Below, piece after piece: positions 30,593 to 40,756 of a DNA stretch of 64,000 nucleotides. A program made the position numbers and the translations under genes. A model generated the notes under the pieces. That model saw nothing but the letters and a program-made list of their open reading frames with translations. It was not told the origin of the DNA and did no database searches. The stretch comes from an uncultured Candidatus Entotheonella sp. GTDB lineage: Bacteria > Tectomicrobia > Entotheonellia > Entotheonellales > Entotheonellaceae. Where the stretch lies: contig OZ244252.1 in assembly GCA_965217185.1 (NCBI GenBank), positions 1,216,001-1,280,000 of the forward strand, written 5' to 3'. How positions within the stretch are numbered: the stretch's first letter is position 1; each line of letters begins with the position of its first letter.

Positions 30593-31074
30593 TGACGGCT
30601 TGGCCCAGTGTGAGGGACGCGGTGCATCAATTGGAACGCAAACAATTCGTGCCACGCCCACGTGACGAAGTGTTTGCGTTTTTCGCCGAGGCACGCAACC
30701 TCGAAATGCTCATCCCGGCGTTTCTCAACTTCCGCATTCTTACCCCTCTGCCGCTGGACATGCGCAGCGGCACCCTCATCGACTACCAGATCCGTCTAGG
30801 CGGGATTCCCATGCGCTGGCGAACCCGCATCGAGACGTTCGAGCCGCCGGTGCGTTTCGTTGACGTGCAACTCTCCGGCCCCTACCGCTACTGGCACCAT
30901 CTACACGAATTCCAGGACGCCCCCGGCGGCACCTCGGTGATCGACCGGGTCATCTATGCCCTGCCCTTCGGCTTCCTGGGCACATTGGCGCACTGGCTGT
31001 TCGTGCGCCGTGCGCTGGGACGCATCTTCGAATGCCGGCAGCAGCGATTGGCGGAGATTTTCCCCAGCGCGTGA
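30592..31074 (+). CDS. SRPBCC family protein
   Basis: VFAFF..ARNL, FVDVQLSGPYRYWHHLH and D.V.Y.LP.G.LG motifs. Confidence 0.88.
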   Translation: MTAWPSVRDAVHQLERKQFVPRPRDEVFAFFAEARNLEMLIPAFLNFRILTPLPLDMRSGTLIDYQIRLGGIPMRWRTRIETFEPPVRFVDVQLSGPYRYWHHLHEFQDAPGGTSVIDRVIYALPFGFLGTLAHWLFVRRALGRIFECRQQRLAEIFPSA

Positions 31075-31079
31075 CGTTG

Positions 31080-31949
31080 TTAGGCTGGAAACTGCCCGAG
31101 CTGCTTGTGCACCAGTTCGGCGGCAGGGTCATACAGCGAATCAACAATGGAAAAGTGATCCAGATTTTCGGGCACGACAACCTCGGTGGGAGCGCCGCTG
31201 GCGCGCCAGAAGTCGGCCATCAGGTGGGTCTGACGGTGGTATTCCTTGGACTCGTCGGCGCCCACGATGAGAAGTAAGGGCGCCCGGGTCGCGTAGGATT
31301 GGTGCACCGGCGAGTTGCGGGCGGCCATTTCCGGGGTCATGCGCAGCGTGTCGTTCAGGTAGGAAAGTTGGATCGGTTCAAGGTCGAACAGGCCACTGAT
31401 GGCGCAGACGCCCTTCACCGCGTCCTGCGGTACGCCGGGGGCGAACGTCGGCCAATCGGTGGCGAGCATCATGCACGCCAAATGGCCGCCGGCCGAGTGA
31501 CCGCAAACGTAGATGCGGTCCGGGTCGCCGCCATACTCAGCGGCATGGCGATACAGCCAGGCGATGGCTTCCCGGTTCTGGCGCACGATCTCGTCCATAT
31601 CCACCGTGGGCGCCAGATCGTAGTTGTTGACCACCGTCATGACGCCGTGCGGCCGCATGCCCTGCGCCACGTAGCTGCAGTCGACCTTGTCCAACGAGAA
31701 CCAATAGCCGCCGTGCACAAACACGTAGATCGGCGCGCCTTGCCCCTCAGCCGGGAAGATATCGATGGCCTCCTTGGGACGCGGCCCGAAGGCCACGTCG
31801 AGATGCCCTCCCAGCATGGTGCGCGTCTTGACGCTGAGCTCGCTCCAGGCATTGAAGCGCTCCTTGTGGTCCGGAAAGCGTTGGCGGTTATTGTATTGGG
31901 CGTCGAGGGCCTGCTGATCCAGATCACGATACACGAGCGGTGCGGACAT
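31080..31949 (-). CDS. Alpha/beta hydrolase, arylformamidase-like
   Basis: HGGYW, GHSAGGH, SGLFDL and HF motifs; AGGAGG RBS. Confidence 0.9.
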   Translation of the reverse strand: MSAPLVYRDLDQQALDAQYNNRQRFPDHKERFNAWSELSVKTRTMLGGHLDVAFGPRPKEAIDIFPAEGQGAPIYVFVHGGYWFSLDKVDCSYVAQGMRPHGVMTVVNNYDLAPTVDMDEIVRQNREAIAWLYRHAAEYGGDPDRIYVCGHSAGGHLACMMLATDWPTFAPGVPQDAVKGVCAISGLFDLEPIQLSYLNDTLRMTPEMAARNSPVHQSYATRAPLLLIVGADESKEYHRQTHLMADFWRASGAPTEVVVPENLDHFSIVDSLYDPAAELVHKQLGQFPA

Positions 31950-31977
31950 CGTTCCTCCTTTAACAGCGTCTGGCGCC

Positions 31978-32442
31978 TCATGCGCCGGCGGGTTGTTCCA
32001 GCCGCTCGTTGATTCTCTGCTTCTGCCCTGGTGTCGGCATGGACGAGCCGTCTGCCCGAATGGTGGCGTAGGTCGCTGGGCTGGTGAGTTCGAGCAATTC
32101 CAGGTCCTTGGAATAATCCCGCAATTCGTGCAGCAGATTGCCCGGCACGGTGACGGCATCGCCCTCGCGATAAACGAGTTCCTCATCGCGGTCGGCGTAG
32201 TAAAAACTCACCCACCCCTTGAGCACCAGGGCGAATTGCATATCGACGACGTGCCGGTGCAGTCCGTTGCGTCCGCCGTTCAGGTGCTTGGCCTTGATCA
32301 CATGGGCGTGAAAATCGCCGCCGGTTGCGTCGGCGAGGCCGAGGTCGCGGTAAACGAATTCCTCCCGTAAGCCGTCCGTTTCGTACTCGGCGCCGTCGGC
32401 GCGACTGACTACCAACTGATAGTTCCTGCTTTCCTGCGACAT
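31978..32442 (-). CDS. Cupin domain protein
   Basis: GLR..F.YRDLG..AT.G, H.H..VLKGW and HE motifs. Confidence 0.85.
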   Translation of the reverse strand: MSQESRNYQLVVSRADGAEYETDGLREEFVYRDLGLADATGGDFHAHVIKAKHLNGGRNGLHRHVVDMQFALVLKGWVSFYYADRDEELVYREGDAVTVPGNLLHELRDYSKDLELLELTSPATYATIRADGSSMPTPGQKQRINERLEQPAGA

Positions 32443-32460
32443 GATGCCCTCCTTGCGAAC

Positions 32461-33351
32461 TCAATCGATGATCTTGTTCAGCGGGTATTCGACGATGCCG
32501 CTCGCCCCCACGTCCTTGAGGCGCGGGATGAGATCGCGCACCACCGACTCATCAATCACCGTGTTGACCGCCACCCAGTCGCCGTTGGCCAGCGACGAGA
32601 TGGTCGGCTTCTGCAACGCCGGCAACGCCTTGAGTACGTCGCCGAGATGCGTTTCGGGCACGTTCATCATCAGCCCCACTTTGCCCTCGGCGGCAATGGC
32701 GCCGCGCAGCATGAGGGTGATGTTCTCGATCTTCTTGCGCTTCCAGCCATCCTCCCAGGCCGCGGTGTTGGCGATCAGGCGTGGCGTGCTTTCGAGAATG
32801 GTGTCGACAATACGCAAGTTGTTGGCGCGCAGTGAACTGCCAGTCTCGGTGACCTCGACGATAGCGTCGGCGAGTTGCGGCGGCTTAACCTCGGTAGCAC
32901 CCCAGGAAAATTCCACGTGCGCCTGCACCCCGTGGCTCTTCAAGTAATCCGTGGTCAGGTTGACCGCCTCCGTGGCGATGTGCTTGCCCTGCAGGTCGCG
33001 CGGGCCCTGGATGGGCGAATCCTGCGGCACGGCGAGCACCCAGCGCACCGGACGACGACTGACTTTGGAAAACACCAACTCGGCCACCTCGACGACCTTG
33101 GCGCGATTCTCGACGATCCAATCGTGGCCCGTCAGGCCAGCGTCCATCACCCCGTCTTCCACGTAGCGGGCGATTTCCTGGGCGCGGATGAGGATGCAGG
33201 TGATTTCCGGATCGTCAATGGCGGGGTAATACGACCGGGAGGGAAAGTTGATCTGATAACCAGCCTTGCGGAACAGCCCGGCGGTGGCCTCCTGCAAGCT
33301 GCCGGCCGGGATGCCTAGCTTCAATACCTGGGGTTGCGTCATGTCGGCCAT
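32461..33351 (-). CDS. hisG: ATP phosphoribosyltransferase (long form)
   Basis: [29 protein letters not shown] and C-terminal PTIS.L regulatory domain. Confidence 0.96.
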   Translation of the reverse strand: MADMTQPQVLKLGIPAGSLQEATAGLFRKAGYQINFPSRSYYPAIDDPEITCILIRAQEIARYVEDGVMDAGLTGHDWIVENRAKVVEVAELVFSKVSRRPVRWVLAVPQDSPIQGPRDLQGKHIATEAVNLTTDYLKSHGVQAHVEFSWGATEVKPPQLADAIVEVTETGSSLRANNLRIVDTILESTPRLIANTAAWEDGWKRKKIENITLMLRGAIAAEGKVGLMMNVPETHLGDVLKALPALQKPTISSLANGDWVAVNTVIDESVVRDLIPRLKDVGASGIVEYPLNKIID

Positions 33352-33747
33352 CTATGCGTTGGTGTTGTAGACCTCGCGGGGATCGAAGACGCGCTGCGCG
33401 ACGATCTGTAATTTGTCGTCTGCCACGCGGCGGAAGAAACAACTTGGGTAGCCCTCGTGACAGGCCGCGTCGCCGACCTGCCGGACCTTGAGAAGCAGGG
33501 TGTCGGCATCGCAATCCACGTAAACACCCCGTACTTCCTGCACGTTGCCGCTCTCCTCCCCTTTGCGCCAGAGACGATTGCGGCTGCGGGAGAAATAGCA
33601 CGCACGGCCCGTGCGCAGGGTCTCGGCGAAGGCTTCGTGGTTCATGTAGGCCATCATCAGCACCTCGCCGGTGGCCTCGTCCTGCGTGATGACCGGCACC
33701 ATCCCACCAGCCTTGTCGAAATCGATAACCTGCTCCCAATCGGACAA
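33352..33747 (-). CDS. hisI: Phosphoribosyl-AMP cyclohydrolase
   Basis: [18 protein letters not shown] and [10 protein letters not shown] motifs. Confidence 0.96.
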   Translation of the reverse strand: MSDWEQVIDFDKAGGMVPVITQDEATGEVLMMAYMNHEAFAETLRTGRACYFSRSRNRLWRKGEESGNVQEVRGVYVDCDADTLLLKVRQVGDAACHEGYPSCFFRRVADDKLQIVAQRVFDPREVYNTNA

Positions 33748-33870
33748 TGCTTACCCTCCTTATTTACCGTAGCCACGAGGCCCGAAGTCTACCACAGGTG
33801 CAGCGGCGCCTGCTATGATGGGCCGTATTCATTCTGGCCTTAAACCCGCCCTGTCAGGAGATACCGACTT

Positions 33871-34557
33871 ATGGTTGAGAGCCCGTTCCGCGACATCAAG
33901 GTGTGTGTGTTCGACGCCTATGGCACCTTGTTCGATTTCAACTCGGCGGCCGATCGCTGTCGTGACGCCCTCGGCCACAAGACCGATGAGTTGTCGGCCC
34001 TGTGGCGCAGCAAGCAATTGCAATACACTTGGCTGCGGGGCTTGATGGGCAAGCACAAGCCGTTCCGGGAGGTGACGGGCGACGCGCTCGATTTCTCTCT
34101 GCAAACGCTCGGGGTGGACGACCCGGCGCTACGCAATCGACTGATGGAGCTATATGACCGCATTGAAGCCTTTCCCGAGGTGCCGGGCGTGCTGCGAACC
34201 CTGAAGCAGGCGGGCATCGCCACAGCCATCCTATCCAACGGTTCGCCGGACATGCTGGAGGCGGCAGTTCGGCACACGGGAATTGGAGACGATTTGGATG
34301 CGGTGTTATCCGTCGAGGCGGCGGGAGTTTACAAGCCGCATCCATCGGTGTACGAGTTGGCCGCGCGGGAATTCGGCGTACCGCTGTCGGAGATCAGCTT
34401 TCAGTCGTCGAATGCCTGGGACGCGGTGGCGGCGGCGACCTTCGGCATGCGGGTGGTGTGGTGCAACCGCTACGGGCAGCAACGCGAGCGGCTGACGGCG
34501 CAGCCGGATGTGGAAGTCGCCACTTTGAGTGCGCTGCCGGAGATTCTCGGTCTCTAG
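33871..34557 (+). CDS. Haloacid dehalogenase type II
   Basis: FDAYGTL, WRSKQLQYTW, LSNG, YKP and SSNAWD motifs. Confidence 0.93.
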   Translation: MVESPFRDIKVCVFDAYGTLFDFNSAADRCRDALGHKTDELSALWRSKQLQYTWLRGLMGKHKPFREVTGDALDFSLQTLGVDDPALRNRLMELYDRIEAFPEVPGVLRTLKQAGIATAILSNGSPDMLEAAVRHTGIGDDLDAVLSVEAAGVYKPHPSVYELAAREFGVPLSEISFQSSNAWDAVAAATFGMRVVWCNRYGQQRERLTAQPDVEVATLSALPEILGL

Positions 34558-34567
34558 GCCGGGACTT

Positions 34568-35086
34568 TCACGGGCCGGAGGGGTTCAAGAGGTTTCTGAC
34601 GGTCTCGTAGTCGCGCCGTGCCTCCTCGCGCCGACCCAAGGCCCACAGGGCAGTGGCGCGATGGTTATAGGCATACCAGTAGTTCGGGTCGAGGTCGATG
34701 GCACGGTTGAAACATCGAATGGCTTCTTCAAATGTGCTTTGATCGGATAACACGAGACCGAGGTTGTTGTATGCGTCGCGGTAGTCGATGTCCAGCACCA
34801 GGGCTTGCCGGTAGTCCGCAATGGCGCGTTGCGGGTCCTTGAGGTTGCGGTAGGCGATGCCGCGGTTGTTGTAAGCCACTGCATCGGGCTGCAGGTCGAT
34901 AGCCCGGCTATAGTCGTCGATGGCCGCCTGATAGTCGCCGTGATCCAGGTAAGCGTTGCCGCGCAGGAAATGGGCACGATGGTCGTCCGGCTCCTCACGC
35001 AACTGCGCTGTGAGGTGTTGGATGATCTGCACGTGGTAGTCCCGGTCGCTCATATGACTCAGGTGCGGCCCATGCCTGTACTCCAC
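34568..35086 (-). CDS. Tetratricopeptide repeat protein
   Basis: About four TPR units (AY.NRG..A..DY.RAI.L.P); start uncertain. Confidence 0.88.
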   Translation of the reverse strand: MEYRHGPHLSHMSDRDYHVQIIQHLTAQLREEPDDHRAHFLRGNAYLDHGDYQAAIDDYSRAIDLQPDAVAYNNRGIAYRNLKDPQRAIADYRQALVLDIDYRDAYNNLGLVLSDQSTFEEAIRCFNRAIDLDPNYWYAYNHRATALWALGRREEARRDYETVRNLLNPSGP

Positions 35087-35274
35087 TGGACGCTCCTCGA
35101 TAGCTGATTGTGTGTGGATGATGACCCGCGAGTGGGTTAAAGCTGCATGCTACTGCAAGGCAGCCGATTGTAAACCCCCTGTCCCGCCCGTTTCGTGCTA
35201 CACTTGACGCGCTTACCTAAGTAGGGGCTCAAACGGAAATAGGTTCAAGCATTTAAGCTCGAGGAAGCCGCCTC

Positions 35275-36432
35275 ATGTTCAGACGCCAAAAACTGACCGA
35301 AGCGCAAGTGCATGACATCTTGAAGACCGTTACGTATCCCGGTTACAGCCGCGACATCGTCTCCTTTGGAATGGTCAAGAATATCAGCATCGAAGGCAAA
35401 AGCGTCGGTGTGCTTATCAGGCTGACGGAACATCAACCTCAGATTGCCGAACAAGTTCGCCAATCCATTTCTGCCGCCCTGCGCAGCCTGCCAGGCGTGG
35501 GAAACTTGCAGGTCGACCTGGAGATGCCGCCGGCCCCCGCCCCCCAAGCGGAGCATGGGTCTCATGGGGACGACCACCATGGCGACGGTCATAATCACGG
35601 CCGCCAAGCGCCGCCGTTTCCCACGAACGAGGCGCAGCCATTGCCGGGTGTGCACAGCATCGTTGCCGTGGCGAGCGGCAAGGGTGGCGTGGGCAAGAGC
35701 ACGGTCGCTACCAATCTGGCCGTGGCGTTTGGCTTGGTGGGATTGCGTACCGGCCTGCTGGACGCCGACATTTACGGGCCGAACATACCGCTGCTGATGG
35801 GTGTGGATGAAAAGCCGGAGGTTACAGGCGACAACCGCATCGTGCCGTTTCTCAACCATGGCGTCAAAATGCAGTCCCTCGGTTTTTTCTTGAGTGACAA
35901 TACGCCGGTCATCTGGCGCGGTCCCATGGTGATGAAGGCCGTGCAGCAGCTTTTGCAGGATACCGACTGGGGAGAACTGGACGTTCTCGTCATCGACCTG
36001 CCGCCCGGCACCGGAGACGTGCAATTAACGCTGGTGCAGACGGTGCCGCTCACCGGTGCGGTCCTCGTCACCACGCCGCAGAACTTGGCGCTACTGGATG
36101 TTCAGAAAGGCGCCGAGATGTTCAAGCACGTCAACGCACCTCTGCTGGGCATTGTCGAGAATATGAGCTTCCATCAGTGTCCTGATTGCGGCAAAGAGAC
36201 GGAGATTTTCCGTCGCGGTGGGGGACAAAAGGAGAGTGAGCGTCTGGGGATTCCGCTGCTCGGGCGCATTCCGCTCGAATCAGCCGTGTGCGACGCTGGC
36301 GATGCTGGGGTGCCCGTGGTGATCGGACAACCCGAAAGCCGTGCCGGGCAGGAGTTTCGGCAAATCGCCGCCGCGGTCGTGGACGTGTTGACGAACAAAC
36401 CGCAGCGGCCGGCCGTCAAAATTATCAACTAA
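35275..36432 (+). CDS. mrp: Mrp/NBP35 (ApbC) Fe-S carrier ATPase with His-rich linker
   Basis: SGKGGVGKST, DADIYGP, DLPPGTGD and ENMS..CPDC motifs; N-terminal DUF59-like domain. Confidence 0.94.
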   Translation: MFRRQKLTEAQVHDILKTVTYPGYSRDIVSFGMVKNISIEGKSVGVLIRLTEHQPQIAEQVRQSISAALRSLPGVGNLQVDLEMPPAPAPQAEHGSHGDDHHGDGHNHGRQAPPFPTNEAQPLPGVHSIVAVASGKGGVGKSTVATNLAVAFGLVGLRTGLLDADIYGPNIPLLMGVDEKPEVTGDNRIVPFLNHGVKMQSLGFFLSDNTPVIWRGPMVMKAVQQLLQDTDWGELDVLVIDLPPGTGDVQLTLVQTVPLTGAVLVTTPQNLALLDVQKGAEMFKHVNAPLLGIVENMSFHQCPDCGKETEIFRRGGGQKESERLGIPLLGRIPLESAVCDAGDAGVPVVIGQPESRAGQEFRQIAAAVVDVLTNKPQRPAVKIIN

Positions 36433-36488
36433 GGGCCGTCTGCCCTGTAGACCCAGCTTACCTGAGCCCGGGGTAACAGGGCGGATTT

Positions 36489-38045
36489 TTAATTTTCCAC
36501 GAAATTACGAAGATGGTCACTGCGGGTGGGATGTTTCAACTTACGCAGTGCCTGAGCTTCGATCTGCCGTATGCGTTCACGCGAGACGCCAAACATCTGC
36601 CCCACTTCTTCCAGCGTGTGCGGTGTTTCCTCACCCAGCCCGAAGCGCATCCGCAAAATGCGTTCCTCCTTCGGGCTCAGCGTGTTCAGCATCTTGTGAA
36701 TTTTATCCTGCAAATCGTGGTTGATGACCGCCTCAAGAGGTGAAGGCGAGTTCTTGTCCTCGATCAACGAGCCTAGTTCGGTATCCCCGTCGCCGATGTG
36801 ATTCTCCAGCGAGATCGTGCGTTTGGCTACCTTCAGGCTGCTCTTGACCTTTTCGACCTGCAGGCCGGTATCCTGGGCAATTTCCTCGGGCATCGGCTTG
36901 CGGCCCAGTGCGACGGTCAGGGCCTGCGTTGAGCGCATGACCTTGTTGAGCATCTCGATCATGTGAACGGGGATGCGAATCGTCTTGCCCTGCTCGGCAA
37001 TCGCCCGTGTGATCGCCTGGCGAATCCACCAGCTTGCGTAGGTGCTGAATTTGAAACCGCGGTGATAATCGAACTTGTCCACCGCCCTCATTAAGCCAAT
37101 GTTGCCCTCTTGGATGAGGTCAAGGAACGACAAACCTCGATTGATGTATTTCTTGGCAATGCTGACCACCAAGCGCAGGTTCGCCTCCACCATTCCCCGT
37201 TTGGCCTGTTTGAGACGTTCCTCAATAGGGTCCAGTTCTTCGACGAAATGATGCAGAACATCGTATTCTGCCAGTGATTCGGACGTCTCATCAGTAGTCT
37301 GACGCGCGTCAAGCGTGTTTTGCCTGACAGTGCTCAACGCTTGGTAGTGTTGCTTGGCATCTTCCACTGCCTCCCGCAGCAGTGAAGTCTTGAAGTGCAG
37401 GCTTTGCAAGCGCTGCAGAGCCTCCTCGGTTGCTACCGGAGCAGCCACTTCGAACACCGCCGTTGCCGGGGCAGACGCCTCCACCGGCTCGCAGGAGTCA
37501 CATGACGCCAAGGCCGCGCGTACTTCTTCCAGGTGGTTGCTGGCGGCATACTCCATGTCGTCAGGAAATTCGCAGACGTCCTCCAGGGCCAACTCACCGT
37601 CTTGCAGACGGGTCAGGAGCTTATTGGCGATGAATGGCGTGCCGAGGGCGTGTAACAGCCGATCCTTTTCGGCCTGCTCGATGCGCTTGGCGATTTCCAC
37701 CTCGCCCTTGCGGTCAAGCAGCGGCACCGTGCGAATCTCCTGAAAATAAACCAGCACGGGCTCGTCGGTTCGCTCCTCATAGTTTGGCTCAGGCCCGGAG
37801 GGCTGCTCGCTCGCCGGAGGCCCGGCGTTGTTGCTCACCGGCTCGTCGATGGCATAGCTTTCCGGTACGGTGGTCTCGGTGTCGAGGTCTTTATGCTCGA
37901 ATAAGGCGAACAGGTCTTCCGCCTCGTCCGTATCCTCAGGCGTGTCTGATATTTCCAGGTCCACCATGGGCAGGTCTGCCGGTAATGGACTGTCCTGGAA
38001 CTCAGGCGCCGTCTTCACCTTTGCAGTCCTTGAACGTTGCTTCAT
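36489..38045 (-). CDS. RpoD/SigA-like sigma-70 factor
   Basis: Regions 1.2, 2 ([33 protein letters not shown]), 3 and 4 ([14 protein letters not shown]). Confidence 0.93.
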   Translation of the reverse strand: MKQRSRTAKVKTAPEFQDSPLPADLPMVDLEISDTPEDTDEAEDLFALFEHKDLDTETTVPESYAIDEPVSNNAGPPASEQPSGPEPNYEERTDEPVLVYFQEIRTVPLLDRKGEVEIAKRIEQAEKDRLLHALGTPFIANKLLTRLQDGELALEDVCEFPDDMEYAASNHLEEVRAALASCDSCEPVEASAPATAVFEVAAPVATEEALQRLQSLHFKTSLLREAVEDAKQHYQALSTVRQNTLDARQTTDETSESLAEYDVLHHFVEELDPIEERLKQAKRGMVEANLRLVVSIAKKYINRGLSFLDLIQEGNIGLMRAVDKFDYHRGFKFSTYASWWIRQAITRAIAEQGKTIRIPVHMIEMLNKVMRSTQALTVALGRKPMPEEIAQDTGLQVEKVKSSLKVAKRTISLENHIGDGDTELGSLIEDKNSPSPLEAVINHDLQDKIHKMLNTLSPKEERILRMRFGLGEETPHTLEEVGQMFGVSRERIRQIEAQALRKLKHPTRSDHLRNFVEN

Positions 38046-38319
38046 CGGGCACTCCGTTGTTCACCAAGTCGTGGAACTTGGCCATTATTTGACTTGCAGC
38101 TTGCCGCTGCGCACAAAACCGAAAGACATACGGGGACAACAGCTTTACAACCCTGCCGAATTCCGCTAGATTCGACTCACGAAGGAAACAAATAGCCCCT
38201 TCTTTCCTTTCCCTCCGCCTGCAAAAATCTGGCTGTAAAGGCCTGTGATATGTTGAGGCTTACTGCTGATACGGTTGGATTTGTATTGTGATGAAAACTT
38301 GCGGTAGGAATACAGCGGT

Positions 38320-38348
38320 AATATATATCCGAAGCTGTTTTTTGTCAA
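38320..38348 (-). promoter_or_regulatory. Near-consensus sigma70 promoter upstream of the sigma gene
   Basis: Minus strand TTGACA-17 nt-TATATT. Confidence 0.7.
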
Positions 38349-38436
38349 CGTCCGGCCTACACAGATATCGCGTGGGACACGATTGGCGTCCTCTCACCGA
38401 CTTTTGCCCGTTTACCAGAAAGAATTTGGAGAAGTC

Positions 38437-39636
38437 ATGGCCGGTCCCTTGGAAGGACTGAAGGTCCTCGAACTCATCCGCGTGCCCCCTGGCGCCTTTT
38501 GCACCATGATGCTCGCCGACATGGGCGCTGAAGTGGTGAAGATCGAAACGCCGGTGGGGGCGACTCCGAAGCAGATGGCACAAGCGGAACGGCGAGCGGC
38601 TTTTCAGTTCGTCAATCGTAACAAGCGCAGCATCGCCATCAATTTGAAGCAACCAGACGGCCAGAAGTTGCTGCATCAACTCGCGGCTGACGCCGATGTG
38701 CTGGTCGAAGGCTTCCGGCCCGGCGTTATGGCGCGCCTTGGCGGCGATTACGAGACGTTGAAGCGCGTCAACCCGCGCCTTATTTACTGCTCGCTCAGCG
38801 GCTATGGGCAGGACGGTCCGTACCGCAACCAACCGGCACACGACATCAATTTCCTGTCCATCGCCGGAGTGCTCACCCTGATCGGTGAACTCGACCGGCC
38901 GCCAGCGATTCCGCTCAACCTCATCGCCGATTACGCCGGCGCTTCTCTGCACGGCGTCGCGGGCATTCTCCTCGCCTTGCTGGCGCGTCAGCGCACCGGG
39001 TGCGGGCAGCTTGTCGATGTGTCGTACCTGGACACGTCCCTTGCCCTGCTGGCGGCCACGCCGATGATGCAGACTTTCCTTTGTAACGGCACGGATAGCC
39101 GCCGCGGCACTGGCTTGCTGGGAGGGGTGTATCCGTACTACACCACCTACGAAACTGCCGACGGCAAGGCGCTGGCGGTCGGTTGCACGGATGCCGAGCA
39201 GTGGGACACCTTCTGCAAGGCGATCGGGCTGGCGGAATTGGCCGAAACCGGTCCCGACGAGGCGCAGCCGGACCGTGCGGCCGATGGCACGGCTCAAGCC
39301 GCGGAGGCAGCCGTGCAAGCGGTTCTGAGGCGAAAAACGAGGGATGAGTGGTTTGCGATTTTTCGGGACAAACAGGTGAGCGCTGCGCCGCTGAATGCGG
39401 TGGACGAGGCATTTGACGATCCGCAGGTCCTGGCTCGGCAGATGGCGGTCAACGTGGTCCACCCGCGTCACGGCTCGGTGTGCCAGGCCGGCATCGCCAT
39501 CAAGTTGTCCGACACACCGGGCAGCATTCGCGGCGCCGGGCCGGCGCTGGGCGAGCATACCGATGAAGTTTTGCGGGCGCTGGGATATGACGAAACCAGA
39601 CGGGCAGAATTGCGCCAGGCCGGCACGGTGGCCTGA
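38437..39636 (+). CDS. CaiB/BaiF family III CoA-transferase
   Basis: GPLEGLKV, LADMGAEVVKIE, NRNKRS, EGFRPG, GYGQDGP and LGEHT motifs. Confidence 0.94.
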   Translation: MAGPLEGLKVLELIRVPPGAFCTMMLADMGAEVVKIETPVGATPKQMAQAERRAAFQFVNRNKRSIAINLKQPDGQKLLHQLAADADVLVEGFRPGVMARLGGDYETLKRVNPRLIYCSLSGYGQDGPYRNQPAHDINFLSIAGVLTLIGELDRPPAIPLNLIADYAGASLHGVAGILLALLARQRTGCGQLVDVSYLDTSLALLAATPMMQTFLCNGTDSRRGTGLLGGVYPYYTTYETADGKALAVGCTDAEQWDTFCKAIGLAELAETGPDEAQPDRAADGTAQAAEAAVQAVLRRKTRDEWFAIFRDKQVSAAPLNAVDEAFDDPQVLARQMAVNVVHPRHGSVCQAGIAIKLSDTPGSIRGAGPALGEHTDEVLRALGYDETRRAELRQAGTVA

Positions 39637-39665
39637 TAAACCACGAATTCGCAGGAGGAGCAAGA

Positions 39666-40016
39666 ATGAAAATTCACCGACTGTACGAGGACGAGAGCGG
39701 TATTTCGCACTTTGAGGATGTTGACATCGAATACGTAAAGACGACCCACGCGGGGCGACTGTCGCAGCGCCTGCCCGCGACGGGCATCATCTTTCGGGAA
39801 GTTCCGCCGGATTATGATCTCGACTGGCACCCGGCGCCGCGCCGCCAGTATATCATCAATCTCGACAACGGCGTGCAAATCACAGCCAGCGACGGCGAAG
39901 CCCGCACGATTGCGGCGGGCGAGGTGGTTCTCGTCGAGGACACCACGGGCAAAGGGCATCTGAGCAAGGCGATCAATGATCGCATACGCCGTTGCATTTT
40001 TGTGACGTTGGATTGA
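39666..40016 (+). CDS. Cupin-like hypothetical protein
   Basis: G.SHFED, WHPAPRRQ and EDTTGKGH motifs; AGGAGG RBS. Confidence 0.82.
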   Translation: MKIHRLYEDESGISHFEDVDIEYVKTTHAGRLSQRLPATGIIFREVPPDYDLDWHPAPRRQYIINLDNGVQITASDGEARTIAAGEVVLVEDTTGKGHLSKAINDRIRRCIFVTLD

Positions 40017-40710
40017 AGGCACACCGCTGATTCGCTTGACGACGGTTCAACATAGCGTACCCGCCCAAGCATAACAGCAGCGCCGCTAGCACCATGAGAA
40101 CGAGTATCCTCCAGTCACTCAAATGGGCGCCGAACGTTACCGTCAAGATCGTTGCAGGGATGATGCCGATAGCCGTGGTCCAACTAAACCGCCACCAGCT
40201 AACCGTGGTCAGACCGAGGGCGAAGTTGACCAGGTTGAAGGAGAGAATCGGCAGGAGGCGCACGGCGAGCAGGATGGGTATGTCCATTTGCTGCAGCCAA
40301 TGCTGCGAGCGTTCAAGCCGGGCGGGGTTGACCAGCAGGCGCAGCACAGGCTGCCCGAAGGAGCGGGCCAGCAGGAAACCCAGGTAAGCGCCCAGCATGG
40401 CACCGATCCAAATGGTGATGAAACCCCATAGCGGACCGAGCGTCATGCCTGCCGCCAGGGCCAGGAATTCGGCCGGCACGGGCACCAGGGTGTGTAGGAT
40501 CATCAGTATGATGATGACAAGAGGCAGCCAAACAGGAGTGGAAGTAAGGAGGCGTTGCACGCCCTCGGTGCTGGGATTGGTGACCAGCGCCCAAAGCGTC
40601 TCCCGCAATGGTGCCGATAACCCGACTAGTAAGAGCAGCCCCAGTAGCCCTAACACCACGCCTAGGCGGACCGCCCGCCCGAACAGGACTGGCAGCAGCG
40701 GTTTCTGCAT
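39973..40710 (-). CDS. TVP38/TMEM64 (VTT/DedA) membrane protein
   Basis: PVPAE..AG..GP.WG and RLLP..F..VNF..GLT motifs. Confidence 0.88.
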   Translation of the reverse strand: MQKPLLPVLFGRAVRLGVVLGLLGLLLLVGLSAPLRETLWALVTNPSTEGVQRLLTSTPVWLPLVIIILMILHTLVPVPAEFLALAAGMTLGPLWGFITIWIGAMLGAYLGFLLARSFGQPVLRLLVNPARLERSQHWLQQMDIPILLAVRLLPILSFNLVNFALGLTTVSWWRFSWTTAIGIIPATILTVTFGAHLSDWRILVLMVLAALLLCLGGYAMLNRRQANQRCAFNPTSQKCNGVCDH

Positions 40711-40756
40711 TGTCCTGCGGCTCCTCCCTATTGCGGCATCTGCGGACCGTGAAGGG

